The notes under the pieces were generated by a model. It ran no database searches. It had not been told where the DNA came from and was given only the letters and a program-made list of their open reading frames with translations. This document shows, one piece after another, positions 1 to 9,947 of a stretch of 24,000 nucleotides of DNA. Every line of letters starts with the position of its first letter. Within the stretch, counting starts at the first letter, position 1. The stretch spans positions 753 through 24,752 of the forward strand of contig NZ_JACCLX010000015.1 of assembly GCF_024490875.1 (NCBI RefSeq), written 5' to 3'. Position numbers and translations under genes: made by a program. This DNA is from Methanocaldococcus sp. Its GTDB lineage: Archaea > AGJL01 > Methanococci > Methanococcales > Methanocaldococcaceae.

Positions 1-188
1 TAATTATTTATTATTGTTAATTATTATTTTATGTTAATAAATAATTTGCTATTTTTGGATTGATATAAACCTCTACAAAAGCGACTATAGATTTTTAGCT
101 TTTGATTTATTTCATCTCCTTTGTAGTTTTTTGAAAAATCGTTTATAAATATAAAACCAAATATAAGATTGTTAATATTATAGACAAG

Positions 189-560
189 TTAATTTTTAAA
201 ACATGTATCATTATATCTCATAAGAGATATTATCAAAACAATAGTAGGTATAATAAAAATCCAAGAATTAAAATTTGTGCTATTGATTATAATATAGAAT
301 ACAAGAAACATATATGTTGAATTATACCACATTAAACGATCATTTTTATTTTTAAATACTTTGAATTGCATAATATATTCTAAAAATATTGAACAAATTA
401 ATAATCCAATAGTCATACATGTAGATCTTATCAAAGTGTTATATATGTGCATATACAAATATTCACAAAATGACAATACTAACAATATAATAAAACTACT
501 AAAAATGACCCACAGAAAAATATTTCCTGAAGAATTATTTTTATACATAAAACCACTCAC
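189..560 (-). CDS. hypothetical small integral-membrane protein
   Basis: ORF track. About four hydrophobic segments (IFLWVIFSSFIILLVLSF, TIGLLICSIFLEYIM, YMFLVFYIIINS, WIFIIPTIVLIISLM). The track start is GTG at 560, but GGTGAG (561-556, minus strand) lies 8 nt upstream of ATG at 548, so 189..548 is more likely. No family recognised. Confidence 0.4.
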   Translation of the reverse strand: MSGFMYKNNSSGNIFLWVIFSSFIILLVLSFCEYLYMHIYNTLIRSTCMTIGLLICSIFLEYIMQFKVFKNKNDRLMWYNSTYMFLVFYIIINSTNFNSWIFIIPTIVLIISLMRYNDTCFKN

Positions 561-697
561 CTTAAAACTGTTCTCTATAAAGCAATGAATAATAGATAAG
601 TTGAATTATATATAAAATGTGATTTCAAAATTTTTTAGTATCTTTTTTTAATTATTAAAGGTTTTAAGTTAGTAATGATTAAAAAGGGGATGAGTTT

Positions 698-2899
698 ATG
701 AAGACAATACTTAATGAATTTAATAACTTACTTATGGAGAAGTTTGGCTTTTCGCTAAGGACTTATCAAGAGTATGTGATTAAAGACATTATTAATTCTG
801 TTTCACAAGGAAATAACTTTATTGTCGTTTCTATGCCTACTGGTAGCGGTAAAACACTAATTGAAATTTTTACGGCATATTATGCCCTTAAAACTTCTAA
901 ATCACGTATTTTAGTACTCGAACCCACCAGATTTTTATGTGATCAAATGTATTCTAAGTTATGGAGCAAACTTTTTGATAATATCGTTGGGAAAGAATAT
1001 GAAGGAAATTGTTCCAGTTTTTTAGATGCAAATAAAAAAATCGTTATATCAACCCCTCAAACAGCCTTAAAATGTGCAACTGCCATAAAGGAGGAGTTTA
1101 ATGTTGTAATTATAAATGAAATTCACCATGCATTTGGAGGAAAGCATTATAGAGATCTGTTAGTAAAATTGAATCCTAACTTTGTATTTGGTTTTACAGC
1201 ATTACTTCCAAGTAAAAAAAGATATTCTTTAGATACTAGAGTGCAATCATTATTAGGAGAACCTACCATTTTAAATTATGATTTTAAGAAGTTGTCTGAA
1301 ATAGATCCTTCATTTCAACCTCCAAAAGCCATTGCAGACTTATTTGATGCTGAAATGAATGAAATTGAAGAAACTGTATATAATAATTTTTTCTGTGGGA
1401 ATATTCCAGGGGACCCAAGAGCAATTAAATTCCTCGAAAATACATTAGTTCGTTATGGTAAAAGAGCATTTTGTGAAAGTCTAAAAAGAGCAATAGTAAA
1501 AAATAGAATACTAGAATATGATTCTGACTCTGCAAAATTATGTAATTCAAATGAACCCTCTCATAAAGCTAGAGCATTATGTGAAATATTTTTAGTATAT
1601 GATGTTAAAAACAATGATTCTCTAAAGCCTATTATAGTGTTTACGTCACGTAAGGCTACGGCTTATGAATTTAAGGAAGTTATAGTAAGGTCTATTGGTT
1701 TATCTACTCATAAAGTTGAAGTATTAACAAGTGATATGAGTAAAGAGGAGAGATTGAATTTAATGAAAAGGGCTAAAGAGGGGCATGTTGATGTTATCAT
1801 TTCTACACTGGTTGGTGAGGAGGGTGTAGATATTCCAGAAGCTGGCTTGCTTATAATGAGTGATACTCCAAAAAGTCCTTTGAGATTTTACCAACGATTA
1901 GGTCGCCTTATTAGACTGGCAAGTCCAAAGAAAATAAAATATTTAGTCCTTACTCTAACACCAAAAACAAGAGAGTATGGGGATGTGGAAGAAGCATTAT
2001 GGAATTTGTATAGTGAGGGAGTAGATGTAAATTATATTATATATAATTTAAATGAAAAGGGGCCTGAATTGAGAATATTGGATATATTGGATAAATTCTC
2101 AAATATTTACAATGATGTTGCTATTCCTTATACTCTTATAACCCTTGGTAGAGTAATAAGTGACCCAATAACTTATCTTTTGAATATCGCTAAAAGTGAT
2201 GAAAATTTTATAGAAGATCTCAAAAATATGGGTTTTAATATAGAATCTGATAAAGATCTTAGTAATTTATTTTTTTTAATACTTACCAGTCCTTGGTTAC
2301 GAGGTTATGTAGAAATAAAAAGAATATTAAAAAATCTTGATAAACAAATAAATAAGGGTAGTTTTAGTGAAGTATTAGATAAAGCCATCTATAATAACCA
2401 CGTATTTTATATTTATGATGTAGAACTACTATCTGACTTTATATTTAAAGAATTGAAAAGATTATATGATGATAGTAAATCAGAAGGAATAACATACTGT
2501 GAAAATGCATTTTTTAGGTTAGATAGAAAGTCAATATTAAAATTGTTTATGAAGATATTTCCATTTAAACTACTTGATAATATTAAAGAGAGACTTAAAG
2601 ATTTAGTTCATACATTAGAAGAAAACCTTAAAAATTTCAAAGAAAATAAGTATTATTCTCTACGCATAGATTATGGAAGATATAATGACAAAAATAAATC
2701 ACTTTCATCAAAAATTATCATATCTGTAAGTGTAGATGTTAGGATATATTTAGAGGCTCATATAAATTATTACAATATTTCTATAAAAAATGAAGAGACA
2801 TATAAGAAAATTAGAGAGCTAATAACACTTAATCTACTTGCAATAGGTTATAGAAGTATAGAGAAATTCTTTGAACTTTATGAGGAAACTACTTCTTAA
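698..2899 (+). CDS. SF2 helicase, Hef/FANCM/RIG-I-like core, with uncharacterised ~300-aa C-terminal domain
   Basis: Readable motifs: I MPTGSGKT, Ia LEPTRFL, Ib ISTPQT, II INEIHH (DExH variant), III GFTAL, IV IIVFTSRK, V TLVGEEGVDIPE, VI FYQRLGRLIR. About 140 aa are inserted between motifs III and IV. GGGGAT lies upstream of the ATG. No motif recognised after aa ~430. Confidence 0.85.
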   Translation: MKTILNEFNNLLMEKFGFSLRTYQEYVIKDIINSVSQGNNFIVVSMPTGSGKTLIEIFTAYYALKTSKSRILVLEPTRFLCDQMYSKLWSKLFDNIVGKEYEGNCSSFLDANKKIVISTPQTALKCATAIKEEFNVVIINEIHHAFGGKHYRDLLVKLNPNFVFGFTALLPSKKRYSLDTRVQSLLGEPTILNYDFKKLSEIDPSFQPPKAIADLFDAEMNEIEETVYNNFFCGNIPGDPRAIKFLENTLVRYGKRAFCESLKRAIVKNRILEYDSDSAKLCNSNEPSHKARALCEIFLVYDVKNNDSLKPIIVFTSRKATAYEFKEVIVRSIGLSTHKVEVLTSDMSKEERLNLMKRAKEGHVDVIISTLVGEEGVDIPEAGLLIMSDTPKSPLRFYQRLGRLIRLASPKKIKYLVLTLTPKTREYGDVEEALWNLYSEGVDVNYIIYNLNEKGPELRILDILDKFSNIYNDVAIPYTLITLGRVISDPITYLLNIAKSDENFIEDLKNMGFNIESDKDLSNLFFLILTSPWLRGYVEIKRILKNLDKQINKGSFSEVLDKAIYNNHVFYIYDVELLSDFIFKELKRLYDDSKSEGITYCENAFFRLDRKSILKLFMKIFPFKLLDNIKERLKDLVHTLEENLKNFKENKYYSLRIDYGRYNDKNKSLSSKIIISVSVDVRIYLEAHINYYNISIKNEETYKKIRELITLNLLAIGYRSIEKFFELYEETTS

Positions 2900-3194
2900 T
2901 ACTGCTGGGATATATATGAAAATGGGTAAGATTTACTAAAAACAATTTATTATTTCAATTTTAGTAGATACTTTTTTACAACAATATTTTTATAATGTTT
3001 GCTTATATCTATTTTTTCATTATCTCTGATTATTATGAAAAATTTCATTATTATTGCACACCTGATTACTATATAATATAAAATACAATACTATATTGTA
3101 GTGTTTTGAAAAGTTATTTATGAGTATAAGTTTAAAAAAGTTCAATAGTAGAAGTGTTCTCTCAAACAACAGGCTCAGATACTAAGGCAACTAA

Positions 3195-3578
3195 AATTAC
3201 AGTTCCGAAAACTTTTAATACACTATCCTTTAATATATTATTAATGCTACCTCTTTATGGTGGTTAGAGTAGCCCATTAATATGGCTCCGCCCATAGAAG
3301 GCATCATCGCCAACTATTTTTAATTTTCTTCGCTAACTATTTTTTTAATTTTTTTACACCTAACTTTAATATATTTTTTATCCATATCATTTTTTATAAT
3401 TGCAATTACAGTTCCGAAAATTTTTAATATAAGACCTTTTAATATATCCATAATGCTCACCCTTCTATGGTGGTTAGAGTAGCCTATATTATTTCACTCC
3501 GCTTCTGAAATTATTTTTTTATAGAAACTAACTTTAATTTAATAGCATTTTTATCTATATTATTTTTATATAATTATA
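3195..3578. repeat. two tandem direct repeats, period ~209-210 bp
   Basis: AATTACAGTTCCGAAAA occurs at 3195 and 3404. TATGGTGGTTAGAGTAGCC occurs at 3256 and 3466 (19/19 identical). CTAACTTTAAT and TTTATC[CT]ATAT[CT]ATTTTT blocks are also shared. No ORF. Confidence 0.85.
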
Positions 3579-3632
3579 ACTCTAACATATATATATTACT
3601 ACCTTAAATTAAATAGTAAAGTATATATAGTT

Positions 3633-3651
3633 AAAATTTTGAGAACTGTAA
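3633..3651. repeat. inverted copy of the first 19 nt of the 209-bp unit
   Basis: The reverse complement of 3633-3651 is TTACAGTTCTCAAAATTTT. The sequence at 3406-3424 is TTACAGTTCCGAAAATTTT, a 17/19 match. Confidence 0.7.
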
Positions 3652-3846
3652 AATAGTTAAAACTTTACAAAGGTAAAGTAATTTATAAAATATTTACAAT
3701 TATTTTAATAATGATAACTTGATCTTCAATACTTTTAATCAACTTTTAAAGATTTTGATAACTCTTCATCTTCAACATTGTAGTGACTTACAAATTTTCA
3801 CAAATATCTACTTTCGTATATAACTATATTGATCCCTTAAATTCAT

Positions 3847-4455
3847 CTAATACTGTCGTTTATCTAAAACATTGTGTATTATTGTTATGCAATGATTAGC
3901 ATGTAACTCTAATGGTGACAGAGATATTTTTTTAGCTTTAATCTTATCTAAAAATTTCTCATCTTCTTCTCCAATTCCTATATGATCACCAATTACAAAA
4001 ACAGGATTTTTTATATCAACATTTTCAACATCTTCCCCATTTTTATGTAAATAATAAATATTCTTCCCCTCATTAATCTTTTCTAATATCAAGTCTCTAA
4101 ATTCTAATTTCTTTACATAAATTCCGGGTGTTGATAAAATCCAATCATTTCTTTGATCTTCATCAGATTCTTCAAATTTTTTTAGAGCCTTTTTTATAAA
4201 TATGGCTATATTTCTTTCATCTGGAGAAACCTTTTTTAATTCACTACCAACAAATTTTAAACATACTGGTGGATTGGGTTGTCCATATAATACAGAATAA
4301 AAAATTACATCCCTCCTTATATCATGAGATAAAAAGAAGGCATCACTAACACATCTACACAATAAATCTAACCTTCCACAACTTCCCGGCAAATCTTTTA
4401 AATTTATGTTTGAGGATGTTATTGTTTTATTTGCCTTAAATATAAATTCTCTCAT
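3847..4455 (-). CDS. trmY: tRNA (pseudouridine54-N1)-methyltransferase TrmY (SPOUT, DUF358)
   Basis: N-terminus FIFKANKT...[32 protein letters not shown] and C-terminus [22 protein letters not shown] match my memory of the MJ1640-type TrmY family. It overlaps the upstream gene by 4 nt. Confidence 0.75.
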   Translation of the reverse strand: MREFIFKANKTITSSNINLKDLPGSCGRLDLLCRCVSDAFFLSHDIRRDVIFYSVLYGQPNPPVCLKFVGSELKKVSPDERNIAIFIKKALKKFEESDEDQRNDWILSTPGIYVKKLEFRDLILEKINEGKNIYYLHKNGEDVENVDIKNPVFVIGDHIGIGEEDEKFLDKIKAKKISLSPLELHANHCITIIHNVLDKRQY

Positions 4456-5321
4456 AATCTACCCCTTTTTAATCTTTCTGGAATTGGACTTCTTGGAATG
4501 TTGTGATAAAGTTCTAAGGCAATATTTACAATATTAACGCATCTATCTCCAAATCTTTCAATGTCTTTTAAAAACATACCAAATTGAACATAAAAGTTTA
4601 AGTCCTCTTTTTTGTTTTGTAGAACTTTGTTTAATAATTCTTCAAGATTTTCATGTAGTTTTTCTTCAAGTTTATAAATTTTAGTTTCTTTCTTTTTATT
4701 TATAACAACATCGACTGCCTCAATTAGCATTTCTTTAAGAATGTTAAAAATTCTCTCAATGTCATTTTCAATATTTTCATCTAATCTAAGACCATGAATA
4801 ATTTCTTCAGCAATGTTTGCTATATAATCCCCTAACCTTTCAAGATTTGATGCAATACTGGCAAATGCATTTATATAATTTCTTGGCAAGTATTTTAGTG
4901 CATTCATACTTAAAAGCATCCTAATTTCTTCTTCCATTTTGTTTAATTCATAATCTTTAATAATAATATCTTCTGCCAATTTTTTATCGTTATTTTTTAA
5001 GGCGTTATATACTAAATTTAGGTTATCTAAGAGCGTATCTCTCATCTTTTCTAATGTAGTTTTTATCTCTTTCATTAGTAATATTATGTATTCATCAAAT
5101 TCTAAGTTTAATTTATGCAATTTACTCATATCAACAACATAAGGATGTTTTACAATTTTTTCTTCAATTAGTGGCTTTAAAAGTTTAGCAACATATCTCC
5201 TACTAATTCCAAGTTTTTCAGCAATCTCATCTTGTGTTTCAGGCTCATCTTCAATAATTACCCTTATGATTCCTGCTAATGTAGCCTCTTTACCTCTTAA
5301 CATATTATCACATAATTTCAT
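4452..5321 (-). CDS. HTH-PhoU fusion protein (phosphate uptake regulator-like)
   Basis: N-terminal wHTH-like segment ([30 protein letters not shown]) followed by two PhoU repeats ([16 protein letters not shown]; [17 protein letters not shown]). Confidence 0.8.
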   Translation of the reverse strand: MKLCDNMLRGKEATLAGIIRVIIEDEPETQDEIAEKLGISRRYVAKLLKPLIEEKIVKHPYVVDMSKLHKLNLEFDEYIILLMKEIKTTLEKMRDTLLDNLNLVYNALKNNDKKLAEDIIIKDYELNKMEEEIRMLLSMNALKYLPRNYINAFASIASNLERLGDYIANIAEEIIHGLRLDENIENDIERIFNILKEMLIEAVDVVINKKKETKIYKLEEKLHENLEELLNKVLQNKKEDLNFYVQFGMFLKDIERFGDRCVNIVNIALELYHNIPRSPIPERLKRGRL

Positions 5322-5425
5322 ATTTTATGTAATTAAATACCTTTGTTGTATATTAAAATCTAAACTATATAAAATTTGTCTAAAATAAGATCACAAAAAA
5401 TAACAAAGAGTAAAATAAATAACCT

Positions 5426-6751
5426 TTATCCATTGAAATTAACCATAGACGAGGCAAAATAAGGATTAGCAACTGGGTGATTGTGTAAATAACCAGCTAA
5501 AACCCTTCCATTAAAAATTCCATCTAAATTGTTTATTATTCCTCTACCTCTTAATATTCTATATGCAAATCTCTCCTCTTTTATATTAACCAATTTTGAG
5601 TAATGGAACTCATGCCCTTTAAATGTTAATCCTTTCCTTCCTATTAAGCAATTTTCTAAGAACTCTGCTTTAACATAACTTAATCCTTGAACTTTCTTAT
5701 CCATTATAGATGAGCAGTTTAATAAACCAACCATAGGAGTATTGTTAATAGATTTAGTTAAATACATCAAACCCCCACACTCTCCATATATATAGCCGTC
5801 AAATTCTCTAATACTTTCAATCATCTCTTTATTGTTGCTTAACTCCTCTTTAAAAATCTCTGGATATCCTCCTCCAATGTATAAAATATCTGCATCTGGA
5901 ACTTCACAATCTTTTAATGGACTAAAAAATTCTATTTTTGCCTTATTTTCTTTTAAAGCATCAAAAATGTCCCAATAATAAAAATTAAATACTTCATCAT
6001 AAGCAACACCTATTTTTTTATAATTTTCATTAATCTCCCACAAGAAAACATCATCTATATATTCATAATCTTCATCTGCAATTTCAACAATCTTTTCCAA
6101 ATCTAAATATTCTTCAACTAAATTTCCCCAAGTCTCTATTTTTTTATTAATTTCTTCTAAGTTTTCTGGTGTAGGAACTAAACCTAAATGCCTACCTTCC
6201 ACTTTAAAATTTTCATTTCTTGGAATAAAGCCAACTATTTCCACATCTGGGAGATAATATTGCATTGCCTCTTTTAATTTCTTAATATGTTTTTCACTTC
6301 TAACGAAATTAAAAATCACTCCTCTAATTTTTACATTATCAAAGTTTATGAAACCTTTTATTATTGCTATTGCACTTCTCGTTAAACTCTTTGCATTGAC
6401 TATAAGAATTATAGGACTATCTAAAGCCTTAGCTATACTCGCAGTGCTTCCTATATCGTCTATAGGAGATAATCCCTCATATAATCCTCTAACACCTTCA
6501 ATTATACTTATATCCTTATTTTTTGAATGTTTTTGAAAAAGATATTTTATTTGCTCATTATTCATAAAAAAAGAATCTAAATTCCTTGATTTATTTCCAG
6601 TGGCTATATTATGATAAGTTGGGTCAATATAATCTGGACCAACTTTATACCCTTGAACATTATACTTTTTAGACAACGCCTTCATAATTCCAGTAGATAT
6701 AACTGTTTTCCCTACTTCACTTGATGTTCCAGCAATAACTACTCTCTTCAT
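5426..6751 (-). CDS. a,c-diamide synthase of the CbiA/CfbB family (cobyrinate or Ni-sirohydrochlorin)
   Basis: P-loop GTSSEVGKT, then GPDYIDP, RHLGL, GGGYPE and the GATase Cys motif GECGGLMYL. The cobamide (CbiA) and F430 (CfbB) paralogues cannot be told apart by eye. Confidence 0.9.
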   Translation of the reverse strand: MKRVVIAGTSSEVGKTVISTGIMKALSKKYNVQGYKVGPDYIDPTYHNIATGNKSRNLDSFFMNNEQIKYLFQKHSKNKDISIIEGVRGLYEGLSPIDDIGSTASIAKALDSPIILIVNAKSLTRSAIAIIKGFINFDNVKIRGVIFNFVRSEKHIKKLKEAMQYYLPDVEIVGFIPRNENFKVEGRHLGLVPTPENLEEINKKIETWGNLVEEYLDLEKIVEIADEDYEYIDDVFLWEINENYKKIGVAYDEVFNFYYWDIFDALKENKAKIEFFSPLKDCEVPDADILYIGGGYPEIFKEELSNNKEMIESIREFDGYIYGECGGLMYLTKSINNTPMVGLLNCSSIMDKKVQGLSYVKAEFLENCLIGRKGLTFKGHEFHYSKLVNIKEERFAYRILRGRGIINNLDGIFNGRVLAGYLHNHPVANPYFASSMVNFNG

Positions 6752-6818
6752 AAATATCTCCTATTTTTTGGTTAATTTCTAATATTACTTATTAAAGGTT
6801 TAATAAAATATAATATAT

Positions 6819-7352
6819 TTAAATTAAACCAAGATTTTTCATAGAGAGATAGAGTTTTTTCTTACAGTTGGAACAAAACTCCTCTTCTTTATAGTCAGTA
6901 TCATATAGAGAATTTGAGAAGTGCATAACACACTTAGGATTAGGACAGTGAGATAAACCAAAAACATGACCCATTTCGTGAGTAACTTCTTTTCTAACTC
7001 TTGAGAGGAATAGTTTTTCATTATCTGAATATAACCTTGCGTAAGAGACTATACACCCTCTAAATGGATAAGCAATTCCAAATACAAAGTTAAGCCCATT
7101 AGAATAGAGGTCATAGGGAGTTATTGCAACAGCAAAGAGAGCATCAGAAGGTTTATTAATAAGGACATTTTCAAGTTGTATGTCTGCAAGTAGTTGATAA
7201 TCTCTTGAACCTCTAACATCTGGAGGAATTTTTCCTTCAAAACGAGGTAGTAGTTTAAACTTTTCTCTTATAACTTTTTCAGTTTCTTTCTTAACAGAGG
7301 GAATTAAATCTCCAACAGAAAAGATAGAACAGACAGACATAATAATCTCCAC
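6819..7352 (-). CDS. amzA: archaemetzincin (zinc metalloprotease)
   Basis: HEMGHVFGLSHCPNPKCVMHF...FCSNCKK matches the archaemetzincin signature HExxHxxGx3Cx4CxMx17CxxC. The track start is GTG at 7352. GGAG lies 6 nt upstream of ATG at 7340, so 6819..7340 is likely. Confidence 0.9.
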   Translation of the reverse strand: MEIIMSVCSIFSVGDLIPSVKKETEKVIREKFKLLPRFEGKIPPDVRGSRDYQLLADIQLENVLINKPSDALFAVAITPYDLYSNGLNFVFGIAYPFRGCIVSYARLYSDNEKLFLSRVRKEVTHEMGHVFGLSHCPNPKCVMHFSNSLYDTDYKEEEFCSNCKKKLYLSMKNLGLI

Positions 7353-7400
7353 TTTATATTTTGTTTGTCAAATCTTTTATTATGTATATAATTATGAGGT

Positions 7401-8486
7401 CTATAAAGGTTTTTGTTGTAAATCTAAAAATAGATTTATATATTTCCTTTCAATATGTTCTCTCAATTTTATAGGATTTAATCCATTAACTATGCTATAT
7501 ACTCCTATTCCTCCAGCTCCCACGCCTTCCTTTACAGAACCTTTGCAGTAATTTCTTAAACCTTCAATTTTTGAATTTTCAAAATAAAATTTAGATGCCA
7601 ATATAGGAATATCCCAAATTTGCTCAACTATCCCTCTTAAATCCCCTTTTTTGTCATTTAAAACAAATTCTGTTGTTCCTATTGCTACTAAATTCTTTTT
7701 TAAAATTTCTTTGTTGATTTCTTTTATAACTGCAAGAACAGCACTCATCTGAGTTCCACCAGATAATATAACTGGCTTTTTTCTTTCAGCGAAACTTATT
7801 GCTAAACCAGCAACAACAGGCATCATCTTATCTCCTACTGCATTTAAAACATCAAAAACAGATGAATTTTTATTTATATTTGCTTTTTTTAATCCCTTTT
7901 TTACAACTTCTATTTTTAACTCGTGTGGATTATTTACAGAGCCAGAACTAACTTTTCCCTCTGCCTCATAGCCTAAACCTAACAAAACACCCAAGGCAGT
8001 TGTTGTCCCCCCAGGAACGCATTCTCCTACAATTAAAATATCCGCCTCCAAATTTTTTCCTAATAGATAACCTTTTTTAAATAATTCCTTGGAGTTGTTC
8101 ATTGCTTTACCTTCTTCTATTTTTCCCGTTGGTTTATAGTCAATTTCAATAAATGGAATTTTTGGCTTTATAAAGGCTCCAGCATCTATGTGTAAGTTTT
8201 TTATATTTTTTAATTCAACACAACTTCTCGTAATAATTGCTGGCGTAGGAGAGCCTGTTGAATCTATTGGAGGAGTTTTTAAACTTAAAGATTTTCCACA
8301 GAAAACAAGTTCCACATCCGCCGCTGGGGTATATTTAATAACATCTCTATGAACGCCAGATATTGGAATATATGTTGTAGTTTCAATAGATGAAATTACG
8401 CAAGTAAATAATGGCTTTTTTCCTTTAATTTTATCTAAAAATCCATTTTCATTTATTGTTATTATATCCATACTTATATCCCTCAT
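7401..8486 (-). CDS. UPF0284 / archaeal CobT-like nicotinate-nucleotide:dimethylbenzimidazole phosphoribosyltransferase homologue
   Basis: GECVPGGTTTALGVLLGLG and the overall layout recall the MJ1598-type UPF0284/CobT family. The alternative start at ATG 8471 is preceded by AGGGA. Confidence 0.75.
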   Translation of the reverse strand: MRDISMDIITINENGFLDKIKGKKPLFTCVISSIETTTYIPISGVHRDVIKYTPAADVELVFCGKSLSLKTPPIDSTGSPTPAIITRSCVELKNIKNLHIDAGAFIKPKIPFIEIDYKPTGKIEEGKAMNNSKELFKKGYLLGKNLEADILIVGECVPGGTTTALGVLLGLGYEAEGKVSSGSVNNPHELKIEVVKKGLKKANINKNSSVFDVLNAVGDKMMPVVAGLAISFAERKKPVILSGGTQMSAVLAVIKEINKEILKKNLVAIGTTEFVLNDKKGDLRGIVEQIWDIPILASKFYFENSKIEGLRNYCKGSVKEGVGAGGIGVYSIVNGLNPIKLREHIERKYINLFLDLQQKPL

Positions 8487-8492
8487 TTTATT

Positions 8493-9326
8493 TTATATCT
8501 TTAATCCTCTCTTTTTTAACTCTTCATAAACTTCTTCTGGAACTTCTGGTTTTTCTAATAATTTTTTACCTTTTTCTTTTGATAACAAACCTAATCTAAC
8601 GAGTGTTGCTATTCTATCAATCTCAAAACTAAACCCATATTTTTCAAAAAATCTATTTAGTGCCAATCCTAAAACTAAACAGTTTGTAGTATAACCACCC
8701 AAATTTGGCTTTTTCCAAGGAAGATCTTTTAGCATTTTGTATTTTTCCTCCTCTTTAAATTTGTATGGGGTTAATAATCTTATCATCTTTATGCCCTCTT
8801 TCATATCTCTTATTGCCGAGTGCCCAAAAGGCAGTTCGTGACCAGTTACTATATATTTTATATTCAATAGTTTGGCAAATCTCCAAACTTCTCTTAATAT
8901 TAATCTTGAACATCTTCTGCAAGGACTCTCTCCTCTTTTTATCACATCCTCAAATAAATCTGTAAAGTCTCTATTTAATATAATCAAATCTACATTGTAA
9001 TGTTTAGTTACATTTAAGGCATTTTCTATTGCTTCGTTGGCAATATATTTATTATCAACCATAACACACAATGGATTTAATTTAAACTTCTCAACTAATA
9101 ATTTTAGAGATAAAACACTATCTTTTCCCCCTGAAAATGCTAAAATACAATGATATTTTTTATTTTCTTTTTTTAAATTGTATAAAATATTTTCAACTTC
9201 TTCCTTCATCTTTTCAAAATTTGGAGGATACTTTAACATTGTTAAGCAATCTATACAAATCTTTTTACCATTATAGTCAATAATTTTTTTTGTTTTTGAT
9301 GTATGAACACAGATAGAACATTCCAT
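8493..9326 (-). CDS. PP-loop ATP pyrophosphatase family protein with N-terminal zinc ribbon
   Basis: SGGKDS PP-loop (ILAFSGGKDSV), N-terminal CSIC...CIDC, and internal PCRRC. This possibly resembles Fe-S or sulfurtransferase-type adenylating enzymes. Exact function not assignable. Confidence 0.7.
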   Translation of the reverse strand: MECSICVHTSKTKKIIDYNGKKICIDCLTMLKYPPNFEKMKEEVENILYNLKKENKKYHCILAFSGGKDSVLSLKLLVEKFKLNPLCVMVDNKYIANEAIENALNVTKHYNVDLIILNRDFTDLFEDVIKRGESPCRRCSRLILREVWRFAKLLNIKYIVTGHELPFGHSAIRDMKEGIKMIRLLTPYKFKEEEKYKMLKDLPWKKPNLGGYTTNCLVLGLALNRFFEKYGFSFEIDRIATLVRLGLLSKEKGKKLLEKPEVPEEVYEELKKRGLKI

Positions 9327-9410
9327 ATTATCACGGATAATATTTTATATTTGATTAACTTAAAAAACTTTGGTTATAGTCAAATGAAGTTATCAAATAA
9401 GGGGAGATGA

Positions 9411-9944
9411 ATGTTCTATAAGTTGTTGTTTGAATCGTTGTGGTATATTCTTCCAGCGTATGTGGCTAATGCATCAGCGTGTGTATTTGGAGGAGGCACA
9501 CCAGTAGATTTAGGGAAAAATTTTATTGATGGCAAAAGGTTAATAGGAGATGGTGTAACATATAGAGGTTGCATTTTTGGAATTCTCTGTGGAACATTGG
9601 TTGGCTTAATACAGGGAATTTTGGTAGATTTTAATATTTTTGGAAGTTTGGATTTTTATGGCACTGTTTTAGACCATGTTATATTGGCATTCTTTTTATC
9701 TACTGGGGCAATTGTTGGAGATGCTGTGGGAAGTTTTATAAAAAGGAGATTAAATATTGAGAGAGGAAGACCAGCCCCTCTATTAGATCAACTTGATTTT
9801 GTCATTGGAGCAATTGCCTTTGGTTATATTTTAGCACCAATACCTTATGAAATGATAATAACAATTTGTTTAATTACTTTATTTGTTCATCTACTTGGAA
9901 ATATAATTGCCTATAAATTGGGAATTAAAGATATTTGGTGGTAA
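9411..9944 (+). CDS. carS: CDP-archaeol synthase (CarS, DUF46/UPF0290)
   Basis: Polytopic membrane protein with LPAYVANASA...GGGTPVDLG...DGKR..GDGVTYRG and GDAVGSFIKRR, typical of CarS. Confidence 0.85.
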   Translation: MFYKLLFESLWYILPAYVANASACVFGGGTPVDLGKNFIDGKRLIGDGVTYRGCIFGILCGTLVGLIQGILVDFNIFGSLDFYGTVLDHVILAFFLSTGAIVGDAVGSFIKRRLNIERGRPAPLLDQLDFVIGAIAFGYILAPIPYEMIITICLITLFVHLLGNIIAYKLGIKDIWW

Positions 9945-9947
9945 AAT

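Noticed and set aside
72-127. An inverted repeat CTACAAA...TTTGTAG near the window start as a possible element terminus.
   Set aside because: Only ~7-8 bp pair, with a ~40-nt spacer in AT-rich DNA. There is no partner elsewhere in the window, so it is below what I would call significant.
698-2899. The helicase as a stand-alone Cas3' associated with the CRISPR-like relics.
   Set aside because: It has no HD nuclease and no other cas genes nearby. The large insertion between motifs III and IV fits the Hef/RIG-I clade better than Cas3. The real array is 16 kb away.
3256-3323. A tRNA or tRNA fragment (att site), suggested by GGTTAGAGTAGCC (D-arm-like) and ...CATCGCCA.
   Set aside because: No T-arm (GTTCRAATC-type) is present, and no 7-bp acceptor pairing or cloverleaf can be drawn. 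It is probably coincidental.
5426-9326. A dedicated cobamide or F430 biosynthesis operon (CbiA/CfbB, archaemetzincin, CobT-like, PP-loop protein).
   Set aside because: The genes are co-directional but separated by promoter-sized gaps. They are interleaved with an unrelated metalloprotease, and this adjacency looks like ordinary conserved housekeeping synteny. There is no basis for a new pathway claim from sequence alone.
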